This document shows positions 48,019 to 58,090 of a stretch of DNA of 64,000 nucleotides, piece after piece. Under the pieces are notes generated by a model, which saw only the letters and a list, made by a program, of their open reading frames with translations, did not search any database and was not told the origin of the DNA. Origin of the DNA: Candidatus Iainarchaeum sp. (GTDB lineage: Archaea > Iainarchaeota > Iainarchaeia > Iainarchaeales > GCA-2688035); the NCBI GenBank assembly GCA_017610205.1, contig JAFCCL010000005.1:30106-94105 (forward strand). Reading direction: 5' to 3'. Position numbers and translations under genes: made by a program. The first letter of the stretch is position 1. The number at the start of each line of letters is the position of its first letter.

Positions 48019-49146
48019 ATGCCTGGGAACATTTTTGCAAAAAAAGTCCAAGTTCACGAAATTTTTAAGGACGAGCGTTTCCTTTATCCTGAATTTGTGC
48101 CTGAAAGAATGCCTTTTAGGGAACCAGAGGTTGATAGCCTTGTTTTTTCATTACACCCTGTTTTGCAGGGAAAAAAGCCCCAAAATGTTTTTGTGTGCGG
48201 AAAAACAGGAACAGGAAAAACTGCAACAGTAAAATTTGTCCTCAACGAATTGCAGCAATATAGTGACAGGGCAAAAGGCCTTTACATTAATTGCTTCCAG
48301 CTTAACACAAGGCACTCGATTCTTACTCAAATTTCAAACTTTTTGGGAGATGCTACTCCAAGAAGGGGAATTGCAACTGATGAAGCCTTTGCCAAAATGC
48401 TTGAAGCATTAAAGCACACTTCATTCATTCCAATTGTTGTCTTGGACGAAGCCGACCAGTTGCTGCATGACAAAGAAGCAAGTAAATTATTTTATGACCT
48501 TTTGCGGGTTGTTGAATATGGCAAAGGCCGCTTTGGGTTAATTTTCATAAGCAATCTTTCAAATTTTGTTGCTTTGCTTGATGACAGGGTTAAAAGCAGC
48601 CTTTCAGAACAAACAATCAGCTTTGAGTCCTATTCTCCGTCTCAACTTAAAGAAATTTTGAATCAGAGGGCGCAATATGCTTTTCACTCTGGTGCATTGG
48701 GCTCTGAAGCAATAAATATTGCAGCAGCCCATGCTGCAAAGCTTGGTGGCGATGCAAGAATTGCAATTGAATGCCTTTTCCGTGCCGGACGAGAAGCTGA
48801 AAAGGAAAACAGTGAAAAGCTTGAAATAAAACATTTGCAAAAAATCTTTTCAGAGGTTGATTCAAGAGCCTTGCAAAAAGCAATTTCCTATCTGAGCATT
48901 GCCGAGCGCGAAATCTTAGGGTTTGTGCCTGCCACCAAGGCAATTGCTTCAGGAGAACTCTTTAAAGCCTACTCAAAAGCAAGCAAAAAGCCTTTGACTC
49001 AAAGGCGTTTCAGAACATTAATTTCAGAGCTTGAAAAAAAACAGCTTATTACAGCCAAAACAACAGTAAAGCCTCCTCGTGGCAGAACAAGAATGATTTT
49101 ACTGGCTTTTCCAAAAAACAAGCTTGAGTTGACAGACAAAAACTAA
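48019..49146 (+). CDS. cdc6: ORC1/Cdc6 replication initiator
   Basis: GKTGTGKT, YINC, VLDEAD, GDAR; C-terminal wHTH GRTR. Confidence 0.92.
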   Translation: MPGNIFAKKVQVHEIFKDERFLYPEFVPERMPFREPEVDSLVFSLHPVLQGKKPQNVFVCGKTGTGKTATVKFVLNELQQYSDRAKGLYINCFQLNTRHSILTQISNFLGDATPRRGIATDEAFAKMLEALKHTSFIPIVVLDEADQLLHDKEASKLFYDLLRVVEYGKGRFGLIFISNLSNFVALLDDRVKSSLSEQTISFESYSPSQLKEILNQRAQYAFHSGALGSEAINIAAAHAAKLGGDARIAIECLFRAGREAEKENSEKLEIKHLQKIFSEVDSRALQKAISYLSIAEREILGFVPATKAIASGELFKAYSKASKKPLTQRRFRTLISELEKKQLITAKTTVKPPRGRTRMILLAFPKNKLELTDKN

Positions 49147-49154
49147 ACTTGTTG

Positions 49155-50486
49155 TTAACAGCTGTTGTCAGGAGCAGCACACCCGTTATTAACGGTTGCA
49201 GTATTTCCGCTTCCGGAATAGCTACTGCTTACGCAATATATATCTGTTGGATTATCGCATGCCTGGTTGTTGTTTAATGTGTTGTTAGTTGATTCATAAA
49301 ACATAACTCCTGTGGTCAGGCTTTGGTTTGCTTGGTTGTTGCTCAAGATGTTATTATGTGTGTTCTTATACAGCTCGATTCCAGTTCTGTTTCTGTTTGC
49401 ATTGTTGTAATTTAATATGTTGTTGTTTGCGCCTTGGTTCAAGCGAATTCCGCAGCTTGTGCCGCTGCCTGTGTTGTCATTTGTTTCGTTACGATTAAGC
49501 TCATTTCCTGATGAAGGGACTGCTAAAGTGCCCGTGATAAATATTCCTGATGCCGTGTTTTGGTTTGATGTGTTGTCATTTAATATGTTGTTGTTCCCGC
49601 TGAAGATTAATATTCCTCTTCCCTGGTTTTCATTTGATGTGTTGTTACTCAACGTGTTGTTGTTCCCTTTGTAAATTTGTATTCCGCTTCCAACACCGCT
49701 TTCATTTGATGTGTTATTATTCAATGTGTTATTATTTGATTCAAAGATTACAATTCCATCATAATTTTGGCTTGTGTTGTTGCTGCTTAGTGTATTGTTC
49801 AAACCGTCTTGCACTAAAATGCCTTTAGAAAAGATACTTACCCCACAATTTTTTACGGTGACATTTTCTACACTATTTAAATGAATTCCAAATCCTGAAT
49901 AACCGCTGCCTGTGATTGTTCTGTTTTGACAGTTTAGTGTTGCATCATCCGCGTTTATTATAATGCATGTTCCGCTGTATGTTGGCAGGTTGTTTGCAAG
50001 AGCGTAGTTTCCTGATTCGGTTATTGTGTAAGGGCATTCTGTTATTAGTATTGCCGGCGTTGCTTGTGCTATGTTGTTTATTGAAATTATTACAGTTCTT
50101 TCAAGACCAGTACTGTCGGTGTATAAGATTGAGAGTGGTATTGACAAATCTTCTGGCTGAATTTCTGTGCATTCTACTAACATTTCTTCGCCAGGGCCTA
50201 ATATGATTCCACTTGTTTCTCCGTCTATATTGCAATTTCCTCCCAACCCACTTAATTCTGTTATTGTAATTCCGCTGCCTGTAATGTTCTGAAGCTTTAT
50301 TCTGGCTGTTCCGCTTAAATAGTTTCCTCCTTTAATCATAATTTTTGTTGGGTCTGAGGACGAAAAGGAATTGTTTTCTGTCGGGGAAAGCATTAAAACC
50401 ATTACCCCAATAACAGTTGCAACCAGAATCAAAGCCCACCCATAAGTTACCAAGTATTCTAATCCTGCTTGCGCCTTGTTATTCAT
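49155..50486 (-). CDS. class III signal peptide protein with NosD/right-handed beta-helix repeats (adhesin-like)
   Basis: KAQAGLEYLVTYGWA; Asn-rich GI-x-I...NNN-L-NN repeats. Confidence 0.85.
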   Translation of the reverse strand: MNNKAQAGLEYLVTYGWALILVATVIGVMVLMLSPTENNSFSSSDPTKIMIKGGNYLSGTARIKLQNITGSGITITELSGLGGNCNIDGETSGIILGPGEEMLVECTEIQPEDLSIPLSILYTDSTGLERTVIISINNIAQATPAILITECPYTITESGNYALANNLPTYSGTCIIINADDATLNCQNRTITGSGYSGFGIHLNSVENVTVKNCGVSIFSKGILVQDGLNNTLSSNNTSQNYDGIVIFESNNNTLNNNTSNESGVGSGIQIYKGNNNTLSNNTSNENQGRGILIFSGNNNILNDNTSNQNTASGIFITGTLAVPSSGNELNRNETNDNTGSGTSCGIRLNQGANNNILNYNNANRNRTGIELYKNTHNNILSNNQANQSLTTGVMFYESTNNTLNNNQACDNPTDIYCVSSSYSGSGNTATVNNGCAAPDNSC

Positions 50487-50685
50487 TATTTTTAATTAGT
50501 GTCAATCTTATATTTAATTCTATTTCTAATGAATAATCACTGTTTTATCAGTGTCAAAAGTGTAATTGCAATCATGAGTTTTTTCCAATTAAAACGGTTC
50601 TCAATCCAATCGTGCCAAAAGAAACCCTTAAAAAGCATTTGCAAAGCCGTATATATAACGGATTAATTGATAAAAGTGAACTTAT

Positions 50686-51672
50686 ATGGCTGGTAAAAAA
50701 AAGGCAAAAAAAGGGGTTTCAAAAAAAACAGTGAAGAAGCCTGTAAGAAAAGCGGTTGCAAGAAAACCTGCTAAAAATCCTGTCAAAAAACCTGTTTCAA
50801 AAAAGACAAAGCCTGTTCCTAAGTATATGAAAAAGGACATCAAAACTTTAAAGAAGGGGCTTAGGAAGGAAATTACTTTGACAAAAACTGTTTCAAAGAA
50901 AACCAAGGGCCACGATAAAGAGCTTACTCTTTTAAGAAAAGAAATTGAACTTCTCAAAAAGAAAAAGAAAAGAGCTGGTTTGTCAGAATACCGGCGTTTT
51001 ATGAAAATTCGGATTAAAAAAGGACTGAGTTTTAAACAGGCTGCAAAGCTTTGGATGAAGCAAAAAAAGCAGCTTGCAAAAAAGAATAGGAAAAGGACAG
51101 CTTACAATATTTTTATTTCAATGCAATTAAAGCAGGGCAAAACAATGAAGCAGGCAATTGCAGCCTGGAACAGGCTGAAGAATCCGCCAAAAAAGCGAAA
51201 AAAGCCTGTTAAAAAAAAGGTTGTTAGGAAAAAGCCTGTTAAGAAGAAAGTTGTTAGGAAAAAACCTGTTAAGAAAAGGTCTGTGAAGAGAAAGCCTGTT
51301 AGGAAAAGGTCTGTTAAAAGATTTGTTTCAAGGCCTGTGCCGATTGTTAGGCAGAGTTTTCCTGAGGGGCGGCTTGCAGGAATTGTTGAAGCCGCTGTTA
51401 AAAGGGTAAGGTCTGAGGAAGTCAGGCGTTCCAGTGTTTCAAAAGAAACAATTTCAAAGAAAACAATTTCAGGTTCTGCCGCAATTCTTGGAGATGAAGA
51501 GCTTGCTTTGAGAATGCTTGATGTTTATTTTTCAGAGGTTGCAAGACACGGCCTTAAAAGAAGGCTTACTTTGGACGAGGTTGTAAACTCTTACTTTTAT
51601 GCGCTTATGCGTGTTCAAAGAAAGGACGTAGAACTTAGTGCGATAAAGGAAATGATTGGAAGGCGAAATTAA
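50686..51672 (+). CDS. very basic histone H1-like protein with two HMG/YABBY-like helical motifs
   Basis: KKPVKKKVVR repeats; SEYRRFM..W and TAYNIFI..W motifs. Confidence 0.7.
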   Translation: MAGKKKAKKGVSKKTVKKPVRKAVARKPAKNPVKKPVSKKTKPVPKYMKKDIKTLKKGLRKEITLTKTVSKKTKGHDKELTLLRKEIELLKKKKKRAGLSEYRRFMKIRIKKGLSFKQAAKLWMKQKKQLAKKNRKRTAYNIFISMQLKQGKTMKQAIAAWNRLKNPPKKRKKPVKKKVVRKKPVKKKVVRKKPVKKRSVKRKPVRKRSVKRFVSRPVPIVRQSFPEGRLAGIVEAAVKRVRSEEVRRSSVSKETISKKTISGSAAILGDEELALRMLDVYFSEVARHGLKRRLTLDEVVNSYFYALMRVQRKDVELSAIKEMIGRRN

Positions 51673-51957
51673 ATGGCTGAATTAAGCAATGAAGAGGTTT
51701 CTGCAAGAATTTTGCAGATTTACTTTAAGGAAATTGCAAGGCTTGGTTACAAAAGGACACTTACTTTGGATGAAACAATTAATGCATACTATTATGTTCT
51801 TTCAAAGATTGGCAACAAAAAGGTTTTGCTTGAGGAAGTAAAGAAAAAAGTTTTAAGCGACGAAAAAGACCTTGCTTCTGAAACAAAGGGCGAGGCAATT
51901 CCAAGCGTTACGGAAACTTTTACTTCAACAACTGAAACAATAAAGCAAAGAGAATAA
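51673..51957 (+). CDS. small protein paralogous to the C-terminal domain of the upstream basic protein
   Basis: EE..R.L..YF.E.AR.G.KR.LTLDE..N.Y.Y.L shared; genes abut. Confidence 0.8.
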   Translation: MAELSNEEVSARILQIYFKEIARLGYKRTLTLDETINAYYYVLSKIGNKKVLLEEVKKKVLSDEKDLASETKGEAIPSVTETFTSTTETIKQRE

Positions 51958-51958
51958 T

Positions 51959-53155
51959 TCAGGGCTTTTTGAAAATTATTTCAACTGCGTCCCTGTTTTG
52001 AAGCTCGTGTTCTTTTCCAACCATCTGCTTCTTTTTTACATCAATTGCTCTGATAAACCCTTTTCCCATGTCAGTATGCAGTTTGAATGCAAAATCCAAT
52101 GCAGTTGAATCTTTTGGCATAAGAATGCAGTCAGGTAAAACCCTGCCTTCTGAATCCTCAAGCTTTTTGGAACCTGCTGGAAAAACTGCAATGTAACCAA
52201 GAGCTTCAAAAACGGTTTTGTCAAGAACTTCCTGAACCCCTGTGCTTTCAAATTTTTCCAAAACATTTTCTTTAATCATTTCAAGAACCTTTTCTTGCTT
52301 TTCATTCAATTCCTTTAACTTTTTGAATTCTTTTGCGCCTGGTTCGTATTCAATAAAGCCCTGTTTTGCAGCCTTTTTTAATGCAAGTTCTGCAAAGCCA
52401 GAGCAAGCCAAAATTGTTTTGTTGGGAAATTTTTCCTGCATTTTTTTAAAATTCTCTTTGGCAGTTGAAACATCCATTTTGTTTGCAGCAACAACAATTG
52501 GCTTTGAAATTTTTCTCAAAGTAGTTGCAAACAATAGCTTGTCTTCTGCATTCCATTGCTCGAGCTTTTTTTCGCCCAAATTGCTTTTAAGCAAGACTGC
52601 TTCTATATTTTTTTCACTTCCTCCAATTCCGCTTAAACTCTGGGACATTGAGGAAACAAGCTTTGCCCTGCTTTCAAAAGGCACTCTTCCAAGTTTCTGC
52701 CAGTGCTTTTCAATAATTCCCAAAAACCAAAGGTCAATTTCTTTTTCCAAAAATTCAACATCCTTGCAGGGGTCATGCGATCCTGAGGCAACAGGTTCGC
52801 CTTTTTCATTAGTGCTTCCGCTTGCGTCAACAACATGAATTAAAACATCTGCCTGGCTTAAGTCGTTTAAAAAAGCGTTCCCTTTTCCTTTTCCTAAGTG
52901 TGCATCTGGCACCAAACCTGCAACGTCAATTAATTCAACCGGCACAAACCTTGTTCCATTCTTGCAATAGCCGTGTCTTGGGTTGCATTGAACATTAAAT
53001 TCCTTGTCAATACATTCAACTCTTACAAATCCTGTTCCCTTGTTTGGTTCAATTGTGGTAAAAGGGTAATTTGCAATTGCTGCATCAACCATTGTAGCAG
53101 CACTGAAAAAAGTGCTTTTTCCAGATGACGGCTTTCCAACAACTCCTATTTGCAT
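51959..53155 (-). CDS. ychF: redox-regulated ATPase/GTPase YchF (archaeal)
   Basis: GKPSSGKST, NYPFTTIEPN, DVAGLV, ANKMD; C-terminal TGS. Confidence 0.93.
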   Translation of the reverse strand: MQIGVVGKPSSGKSTFFSAATMVDAAIANYPFTTIEPNKGTGFVRVECIDKEFNVQCNPRHGYCKNGTRFVPVELIDVAGLVPDAHLGKGKGNAFLNDLSQADVLIHVVDASGSTNEKGEPVASGSHDPCKDVEFLEKEIDLWFLGIIEKHWQKLGRVPFESRAKLVSSMSQSLSGIGGSEKNIEAVLLKSNLGEKKLEQWNAEDKLLFATTLRKISKPIVVAANKMDVSTAKENFKKMQEKFPNKTILACSGFAELALKKAAKQGFIEYEPGAKEFKKLKELNEKQEKVLEMIKENVLEKFESTGVQEVLDKTVFEALGYIAVFPAGSKKLEDSEGRVLPDCILMPKDSTALDFAFKLHTDMGKGFIRAIDVKKKQMVGKEHELQNRDAVEIIFKKP

Positions 53156-53281
53156 GAATAAAAAGTGTTTCAATTTGTTTTTATTTTAAACTATTCTTAT
53201 TTTGCAAAATAAACAGGCTTCAATAACCTATTTAATAATTAAACACATCATATTAATAGGTTTTAAATGGAGGTTTTTATT

Positions 53282-54304
53282 ATGAAAAAAATATTGTTTG
53301 TTTTAATTGCATTGCTTTTTGCATCGGCGTTTGCTGTAGCCGACGCAGACGGAGCAATTTTGGCAACAGCTATAACTGTTTCTGAATCAGATACTGCTGT
53401 TGGAAACGCACTTGTTGAAGTGGAAGATGAAACAATTGTTGTACAAAGGCCTATTACACGGCTTCACCTTACTGGAAACGGTCTTGCAATAAGCGAGGAT
53501 GATGCCTTTGATTTCATGCATGCAAAAATTACAGTCGGCTCAGTAAAAGTGAACAGAGCAATTGCTGTTACAATAGCTGAGGAAACAGCAGTTGCCGAAG
53601 AATTTGTTGTAACCCGTATTGGCGTGCTAATGCTTGATGACTCAAGATACCATTTGAAGGATGTCGCGGTTGCAGAAGACGAAATTTCTGCCGAAATATA
53701 TAACCCGGTAACAGAATCAAATGCTGTTTCAGAAGCGATTGGTGAAATAACTGTAAAGCTTTTTGAAAAGCCAGGAAGGGACGTTTGGGCAGGAAACATT
53801 GTCTTGAATGGAAAAGCCTACAATGTTTACTTCCTTGGAATGGCAAGGAATTTCAGGCTTGCGGAAGTTACTGAAAAAATAGGCGGTTATTGTGGTGAAA
53901 ATCCTGAAGATTCAAGGTGTATGAATATTATTGCAGAGTGCGCTTCAAATAGGAAAAACTGTTCTGAAGTTGTGGAAAACTATTGTTCTGAAAACACATC
54001 TGATTTGAAATGCCTTCAGCTCAAAAAGCAGTACTGCCTGAAAAACGCTTCTGATGAAAGGTGCAGGGAATACCTCAAAGGTCTGTGTGAAGACAATTCA
54101 AATCTTGTTCACTGCAGGATAAGAACTGTGAATAACAATCAGGTAATAAGCATTAACATGGAACAGGTTTCTTCAGCAACTGCTGAAGCAGGAGAGGATC
54201 AAAACAGTCTTGTGCGAAAAATGGAAAGGGCTACAATTTTGAAAAATGTTAGAACTCCTGTGAATTCGGTTATAATTGAAACTGTTTCAGGAAGAGGAAG
54301 GTGA
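53282..54304 (+). CDS. secreted protein with Cys-rich repeats
   Basis: signal peptide; repeated YC-x-EN-x-SD-x-RC-like units; GGAGG RBS. Confidence 0.75.
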   Translation: MKKILFVLIALLFASAFAVADADGAILATAITVSESDTAVGNALVEVEDETIVVQRPITRLHLTGNGLAISEDDAFDFMHAKITVGSVKVNRAIAVTIAEETAVAEEFVVTRIGVLMLDDSRYHLKDVAVAEDEISAEIYNPVTESNAVSEAIGEITVKLFEKPGRDVWAGNIVLNGKAYNVYFLGMARNFRLAEVTEKIGGYCGENPEDSRCMNIIAECASNRKNCSEVVENYCSENTSDLKCLQLKKQYCLKNASDERCREYLKGLCEDNSNLVHCRIRTVNNNQVISINMEQVSSATAEAGEDQNSLVRKMERATILKNVRTPVNSVIIETVSGRGR

Positions 54305-54314
54305 GGTAGTCTAA

Positions 54315-54638
54315 ATGAATGTAAAACAAACATTTGCAGTTTTGGCTGTTTTAATTTCCTTAATGGCATTGCTTGGCTGCGTTGAAGAAGAAAGGGATTG
54401 TGCAGCAGATGTAATGGAATGCCCTGACGGAACCTTTGTTTCAAGAAACCCTAAAAACAACTGCGAGTTCTATGAATGCCCTGTTGAAACAGGCAGCCAG
54501 GAACCGCAACCAGAAGAGCGGGTTATTGGCCCGGAATACTATAATTCGGAACAGGAAGCCTTTGATGCATTAAGCCAAGAGCTTGAGCAAATGGAAGATC
54601 TTTCAATGCAGGAACTTGAATCAATTCTTGGGGAATAA
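54315..54638 (+). CDS. lipoprotein with Cys-rich CPDG domain
   Basis: lipobox LLGC; CAADVMECPDGTFVSR...CEFYECP. Confidence 0.8.
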   Translation: MNVKQTFAVLAVLISLMALLGCVEEERDCAADVMECPDGTFVSRNPKNNCEFYECPVETGSQEPQPEERVIGPEYYNSEQEAFDALSQELEQMEDLSMQELESILGE

Positions 54639-54739
54639 AATTTCCCAAATTTTTCTTCTTTTTTGATTTTAAATAAAAAGATAATGTACCACTATTTAGT
54701 TATGAAAAATTGCTTGAATCCAAAAAGGGGGCTTTGAAA

Positions 54740-56152
54740 ATGAGCCTGCTTTGGCCTGACAAATTTTTTCCAAAAGACCTTGGTGAATTTATTGGAAACA
54801 AGGACATTGTTGAATCTGTAAGGAACTGGGGTGAGCAATGGGAGGAAGACAAGCAGGGAAAGCCATTGCTTTTCTTTGGCGCAACAGGTTCTGGAAAAAC
54901 ATGCCTTGCCCTTCTTATTGCAGAATATTTTAATTGGCAGCTTTTTGAAATGAATGCTTCTGATAAAAGAACAAAAGACATAATTGAAAAGGTTGCAGGT
55001 GCGGCTGCACAGGGAAGCAGTTTTTCAGGCAAAAAAAGGCTTATTTTGCTTGACGAAGTTGATGGTCTGCATGGAAATTCTGACAGAGGTGGCGTTGCGG
55101 CAATAAACAAGATACTTAAGGCGAGCAAAAATCCGGTTATTCTTACAGCAAACGATGTTTACAGCAATCAAAAAATGCTTCCGTTTAGAAGCAGTTGTCA
55201 AATGATTCAATTCAAAAAAATAAACTATTTGACTATTGCAAAAAAATTAAGGGAACTTTTGGAACAGGAAAAAATTGAATTTGATTCAGAAGCAGTAAAA
55301 GAGCTTGCTCAAAATTGTGCAGGTGATTTTCGTTCAGCATTGCTTGATGCGCAAACTCTTTCCATTTCAGGAAAGATTGACATTGATGCAGTTAAATCTC
55401 TTGGATACAGGGAACGACAACAGGATGTTTTTAAAACAATGGGCGAAATACTCAAAGGAAACAGTGTTGAAGAAATAAGGCAGGTGCGTTTTAAGGCAGA
55501 CATTGATTCAAGAATGCTTTTCAACTGGATTGAGGAAAACATTCCAAGGCATTTTACCAAAGGAAATGATAACGCCGCTGCATTTGAAAGGCTTAGCAAG
55601 GCAGACATTTTCAACGGAAGAATTATGAGACGGCAGCATTATGGCTTTTTGCGTTACTCTTCAGAGATTATGACAAGCGGTGTTGCATTAAGCAGGGAAA
55701 ACGACTACGGTGGCTGGATTCAGTACCAGTTTCCCTCCTTTCTTCGCAAGCTTGGTTCAAGCAAGGGTTTGAGAAATTTGAAGAAAGGGCTTGGCTTGAA
55801 GATAGGCAATGAAATGCATTCAAGTTCAAAAGCCGTAATTTCACAGGACCTTCCTTTTTTTCAGATTGCTTTTCAAAAAAAGGAAAATGCGGTTGCCATG
55901 TCGGCAGGGCTTGACTTAACCCTTGAGGAAATTGCTTTCCTTCTTGGAACTAAACCAACTACAAAAAAGCCAAAAGCTGTTTTTAATGAAGCCCAAGAAC
56001 TTAGGGCAAAAGAGCTTGTTGAAAAAAGAAAACATGGCTTTGATGAAAGGGAACTGGAAACTGTTACCAAACGTAAGGGAGTTGTGCAAGAGCAGGAAGC
56101 CAAAAACAAACCTGTTGGAGAAGAAAATCATCAGCAAACAAGCCTTTTTTAG
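54740..56152 (+). CDS. rfcL: replication factor C large subunit
   Basis: GATGSGKT, EMNASDKR, LDEVDG, WIEENI; PIP box QTSLF. Confidence 0.95.
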   Translation: MSLLWPDKFFPKDLGEFIGNKDIVESVRNWGEQWEEDKQGKPLLFFGATGSGKTCLALLIAEYFNWQLFEMNASDKRTKDIIEKVAGAAAQGSSFSGKKRLILLDEVDGLHGNSDRGGVAAINKILKASKNPVILTANDVYSNQKMLPFRSSCQMIQFKKINYLTIAKKLRELLEQEKIEFDSEAVKELAQNCAGDFRSALLDAQTLSISGKIDIDAVKSLGYRERQQDVFKTMGEILKGNSVEEIRQVRFKADIDSRMLFNWIEENIPRHFTKGNDNAAAFERLSKADIFNGRIMRRQHYGFLRYSSEIMTSGVALSRENDYGGWIQYQFPSFLRKLGSSKGLRNLKKGLGLKIGNEMHSSSKAVISQDLPFFQIAFQKKENAVAMSAGLDLTLEEIAFLLGTKPTTKKPKAVFNEAQELRAKELVEKRKHGFDERELETVTKRKGVVQEQEAKNKPVGEENHQQTSLF

Positions 56153-56186
56153 AAAAGTATTTATTTACAAAAGTCCTTTTTTTATT

Positions 56187-56447
56187 ATGCCTAAGAAAAA
56201 AAAGAAGGCAGTTCGCAGAACAAGTGATTTTTCTGTACAGGCTAGTGCAATTGCAAGAAGGATTAACGGCGCAAAATTTCTTCCAACTTTTGCAAGCTCT
56301 CTTGAACTTGCTTACAGGAAACACAACCTCTCCAAGGCTGTTTTGCGAGCGCTTAGAGCAAAAGTAGCTTCCTCTTCTTTGCCCCAAAATTCAAAAAATG
56401 CAAGATTTAACAGAATTGACAGCTATAAAAATTTAGTGCGCAGTTAA
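56187..56447 (+). CDS. small basic hypothetical protein
   Basis: MPKKKKKAVRR; fills the gap between rfcL and pheT. Confidence 0.5.
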   Translation: MPKKKKKAVRRTSDFSVQASAIARRINGAKFLPTFASSLELAYRKHNLSKAVLRALRAKVASSSLPQNSKNARFNRIDSYKNLVRS

Positions 56448-58090
56448 ATTTCAATTTCAAGCACTACTGTCTGCTGCTCCAACCCAAACTTTTGCAGAAC
56501 ACTTTTTTTAACTTCTCCAAAAAAGCCATTTCTTCCGGCAATGTCCACTGCAGAACTTTTTCCATTTTCCAAAGCAGGTTCTGTGTTTTCCTTCAAGGAA
56601 TACTTTTCGCCCAAATTGTCTGCTACTGCGTCAAGAACGCCTTTGATTACTGTGAACTCTGCTCCTTTTCCGCTTAGTACAATGCAAATTTTGTTTTTTT
56701 CTGAAACTCCTGTTTCACTTGCTTTCTTTAATTCTGTAACCTTTCCTGCTTCGAATATTTTTTGCGGAAAGCTTGCATGCTTGTTTTTTGCCAAAAACTC
56801 CAAGAGTTCGGGGTAAATTCTTTTTCTGAACACAACATAGTTTTCACTTACAGGGTTTGCAATTTCAACAAACTGTTCTTTTTTTTCATCAAGTCCAATC
56901 ATTGCAGCCTGCTTTGCCTTGCTGCTCATTGTAAAGGTTAAAATCCCCTGCAATCCAATTCCTATGCAAATTTCTTCAACTGCCCTTTTCAGTTTTTCTT
57001 CACTTAACTCTTCGCCGACTGTTGCAAGCTTTAAAGGCAGCGGCTTTATTTTGTTGTAGCCATAGCTTATTATTGCATCTTCAATAACATCCACCGGGTG
57101 CAGTATGTCTGGCCTGTAAGAAGGGTATTTGCATTCAAGTTTTTTCCCATTAATCTTTACATCATACCTTGCTTTTTGCAAAAGAACTGTAATCTGTTTT
57201 GTGCTTAATTCAAGCCCGCTTATTTTTTTAAAATCTTCAATTGCCACGTTTATTTTTTTTGGAGAAAAATCAGGCGTGACAATAGTTTTATCCGGGTATT
57301 TTATTTTAACGCTGTAAACTGCAAATCCTCTTTCAGCCATTGCTGAAACAATTACGTTTAATGTTGTGTTAACTATTTCCTGTTTGTATCCTGTTACTTC
57401 CACCAAAAACTCTTTTGTGTCCATTGCAACCTTTCCTGTAATCTGCGAATTAATAATCGGAGGCATGCTTGCAACTGTTCCGATTAAATCTTCAAAAATT
57501 GGGTATTTTGAAAAGCCTTCAAGCAAATGCTTGAATTCTTTTCCTTTTGGATGCTCTAATAAAATTTCTTCCAAATCCATTTCAATTTGGTATTCAAGCG
57601 GAATAAACTTTTTTGCTTTTGGATCATAGGCTCTGTAATGCATTGGCTGCTTTAGCTTGTTCCAGTCATAAATTCCAATGGCTGCCTCTTTTCTTCGCCT
57701 TCCAAATGTTCCGCAAATCTTTTCCTGTGAGTTAATCATTTGAACAAGCATTTCTTCACTTATTTTTACATTTTTAACAACAGCAGCAGCAATGTATGGC
57801 CTTATTTTTGCAACGTTTTTGTCAACAATTACTGAAACATCGCTTTTCTTAATTTTGTATTTTGGAATTCCTTTTTCTATTCCAATCCTTCCTCTTATCT
57901 CCCGTGCAATCCCTTCGGCTGAAAGAAGGTCAGGCCTGTTAGTGTCCTTTTCGTCAATTACAATTTTGTCCCCCTCAGTCAATTCAATTTCGCCTTTTGC
58001 AAACTCTATTGCTTCCTCAAGCTGTTTTGCGTCAAGTTTTCTTCCAATAAGCTTTTGCAAATCTTTTTTGCTGACCTCTACATTGGGCAT
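56444..58090 (-). CDS. pheT: phenylalanine--tRNA ligase beta subunit
   Basis: NRPDLLSAEGIAR, PPIINS, RPDILHPVDVIED. Confidence 0.96.
   Translation of the reverse strand: MPNVEVSKKDLQKLIGRKLDAKQLEEAIEFAKGEIELTEGDKIVIDEKDTNRPDLLSAEGIAREIRGRIGIEKGIPKYKIKKSDVSVIVDKNVAKIRPYIAAAVVKNVKISEEMLVQMINSQEKICGTFGRRRKEAAIGIYDWNKLKQPMHYRAYDPKAKKFIPLEYQIEMDLEEILLEHPKGKEFKHLLEGFSKYPIFEDLIGTVASMPPIINSQITGKVAMDTKEFLVEVTGYKQEIVNTTLNVIVSAMAERGFAVYSVKIKYPDKTIVTPDFSPKKINVAIEDFKKISGLELSTKQITVLLQKARYDVKINGKKLECKYPSYRPDILHPVDVIEDAIISYGYNKIKPLPLKLATVGEELSEEKLKRAVEEICIGIGLQGILTFTMSSKAKQAAMIGLDEKKEQFVEIANPVSENYVVFRKRIYPELLEFLAKNKHASFPQKIFEAGKVTELKKASETGVSEKNKICIVLSGKGAEFTVIKGVLDAVADNLGEKYSLKENTEPALENGKSSAVDIAGRNGFFGEVKKSVLQKFGLEQQTVVLEIEI

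Noticed and set aside
47954-50685. Replication origin beside cdc6
   Set aside because: No recognisable repeated ORB elements in the adjacent intergenic regions.
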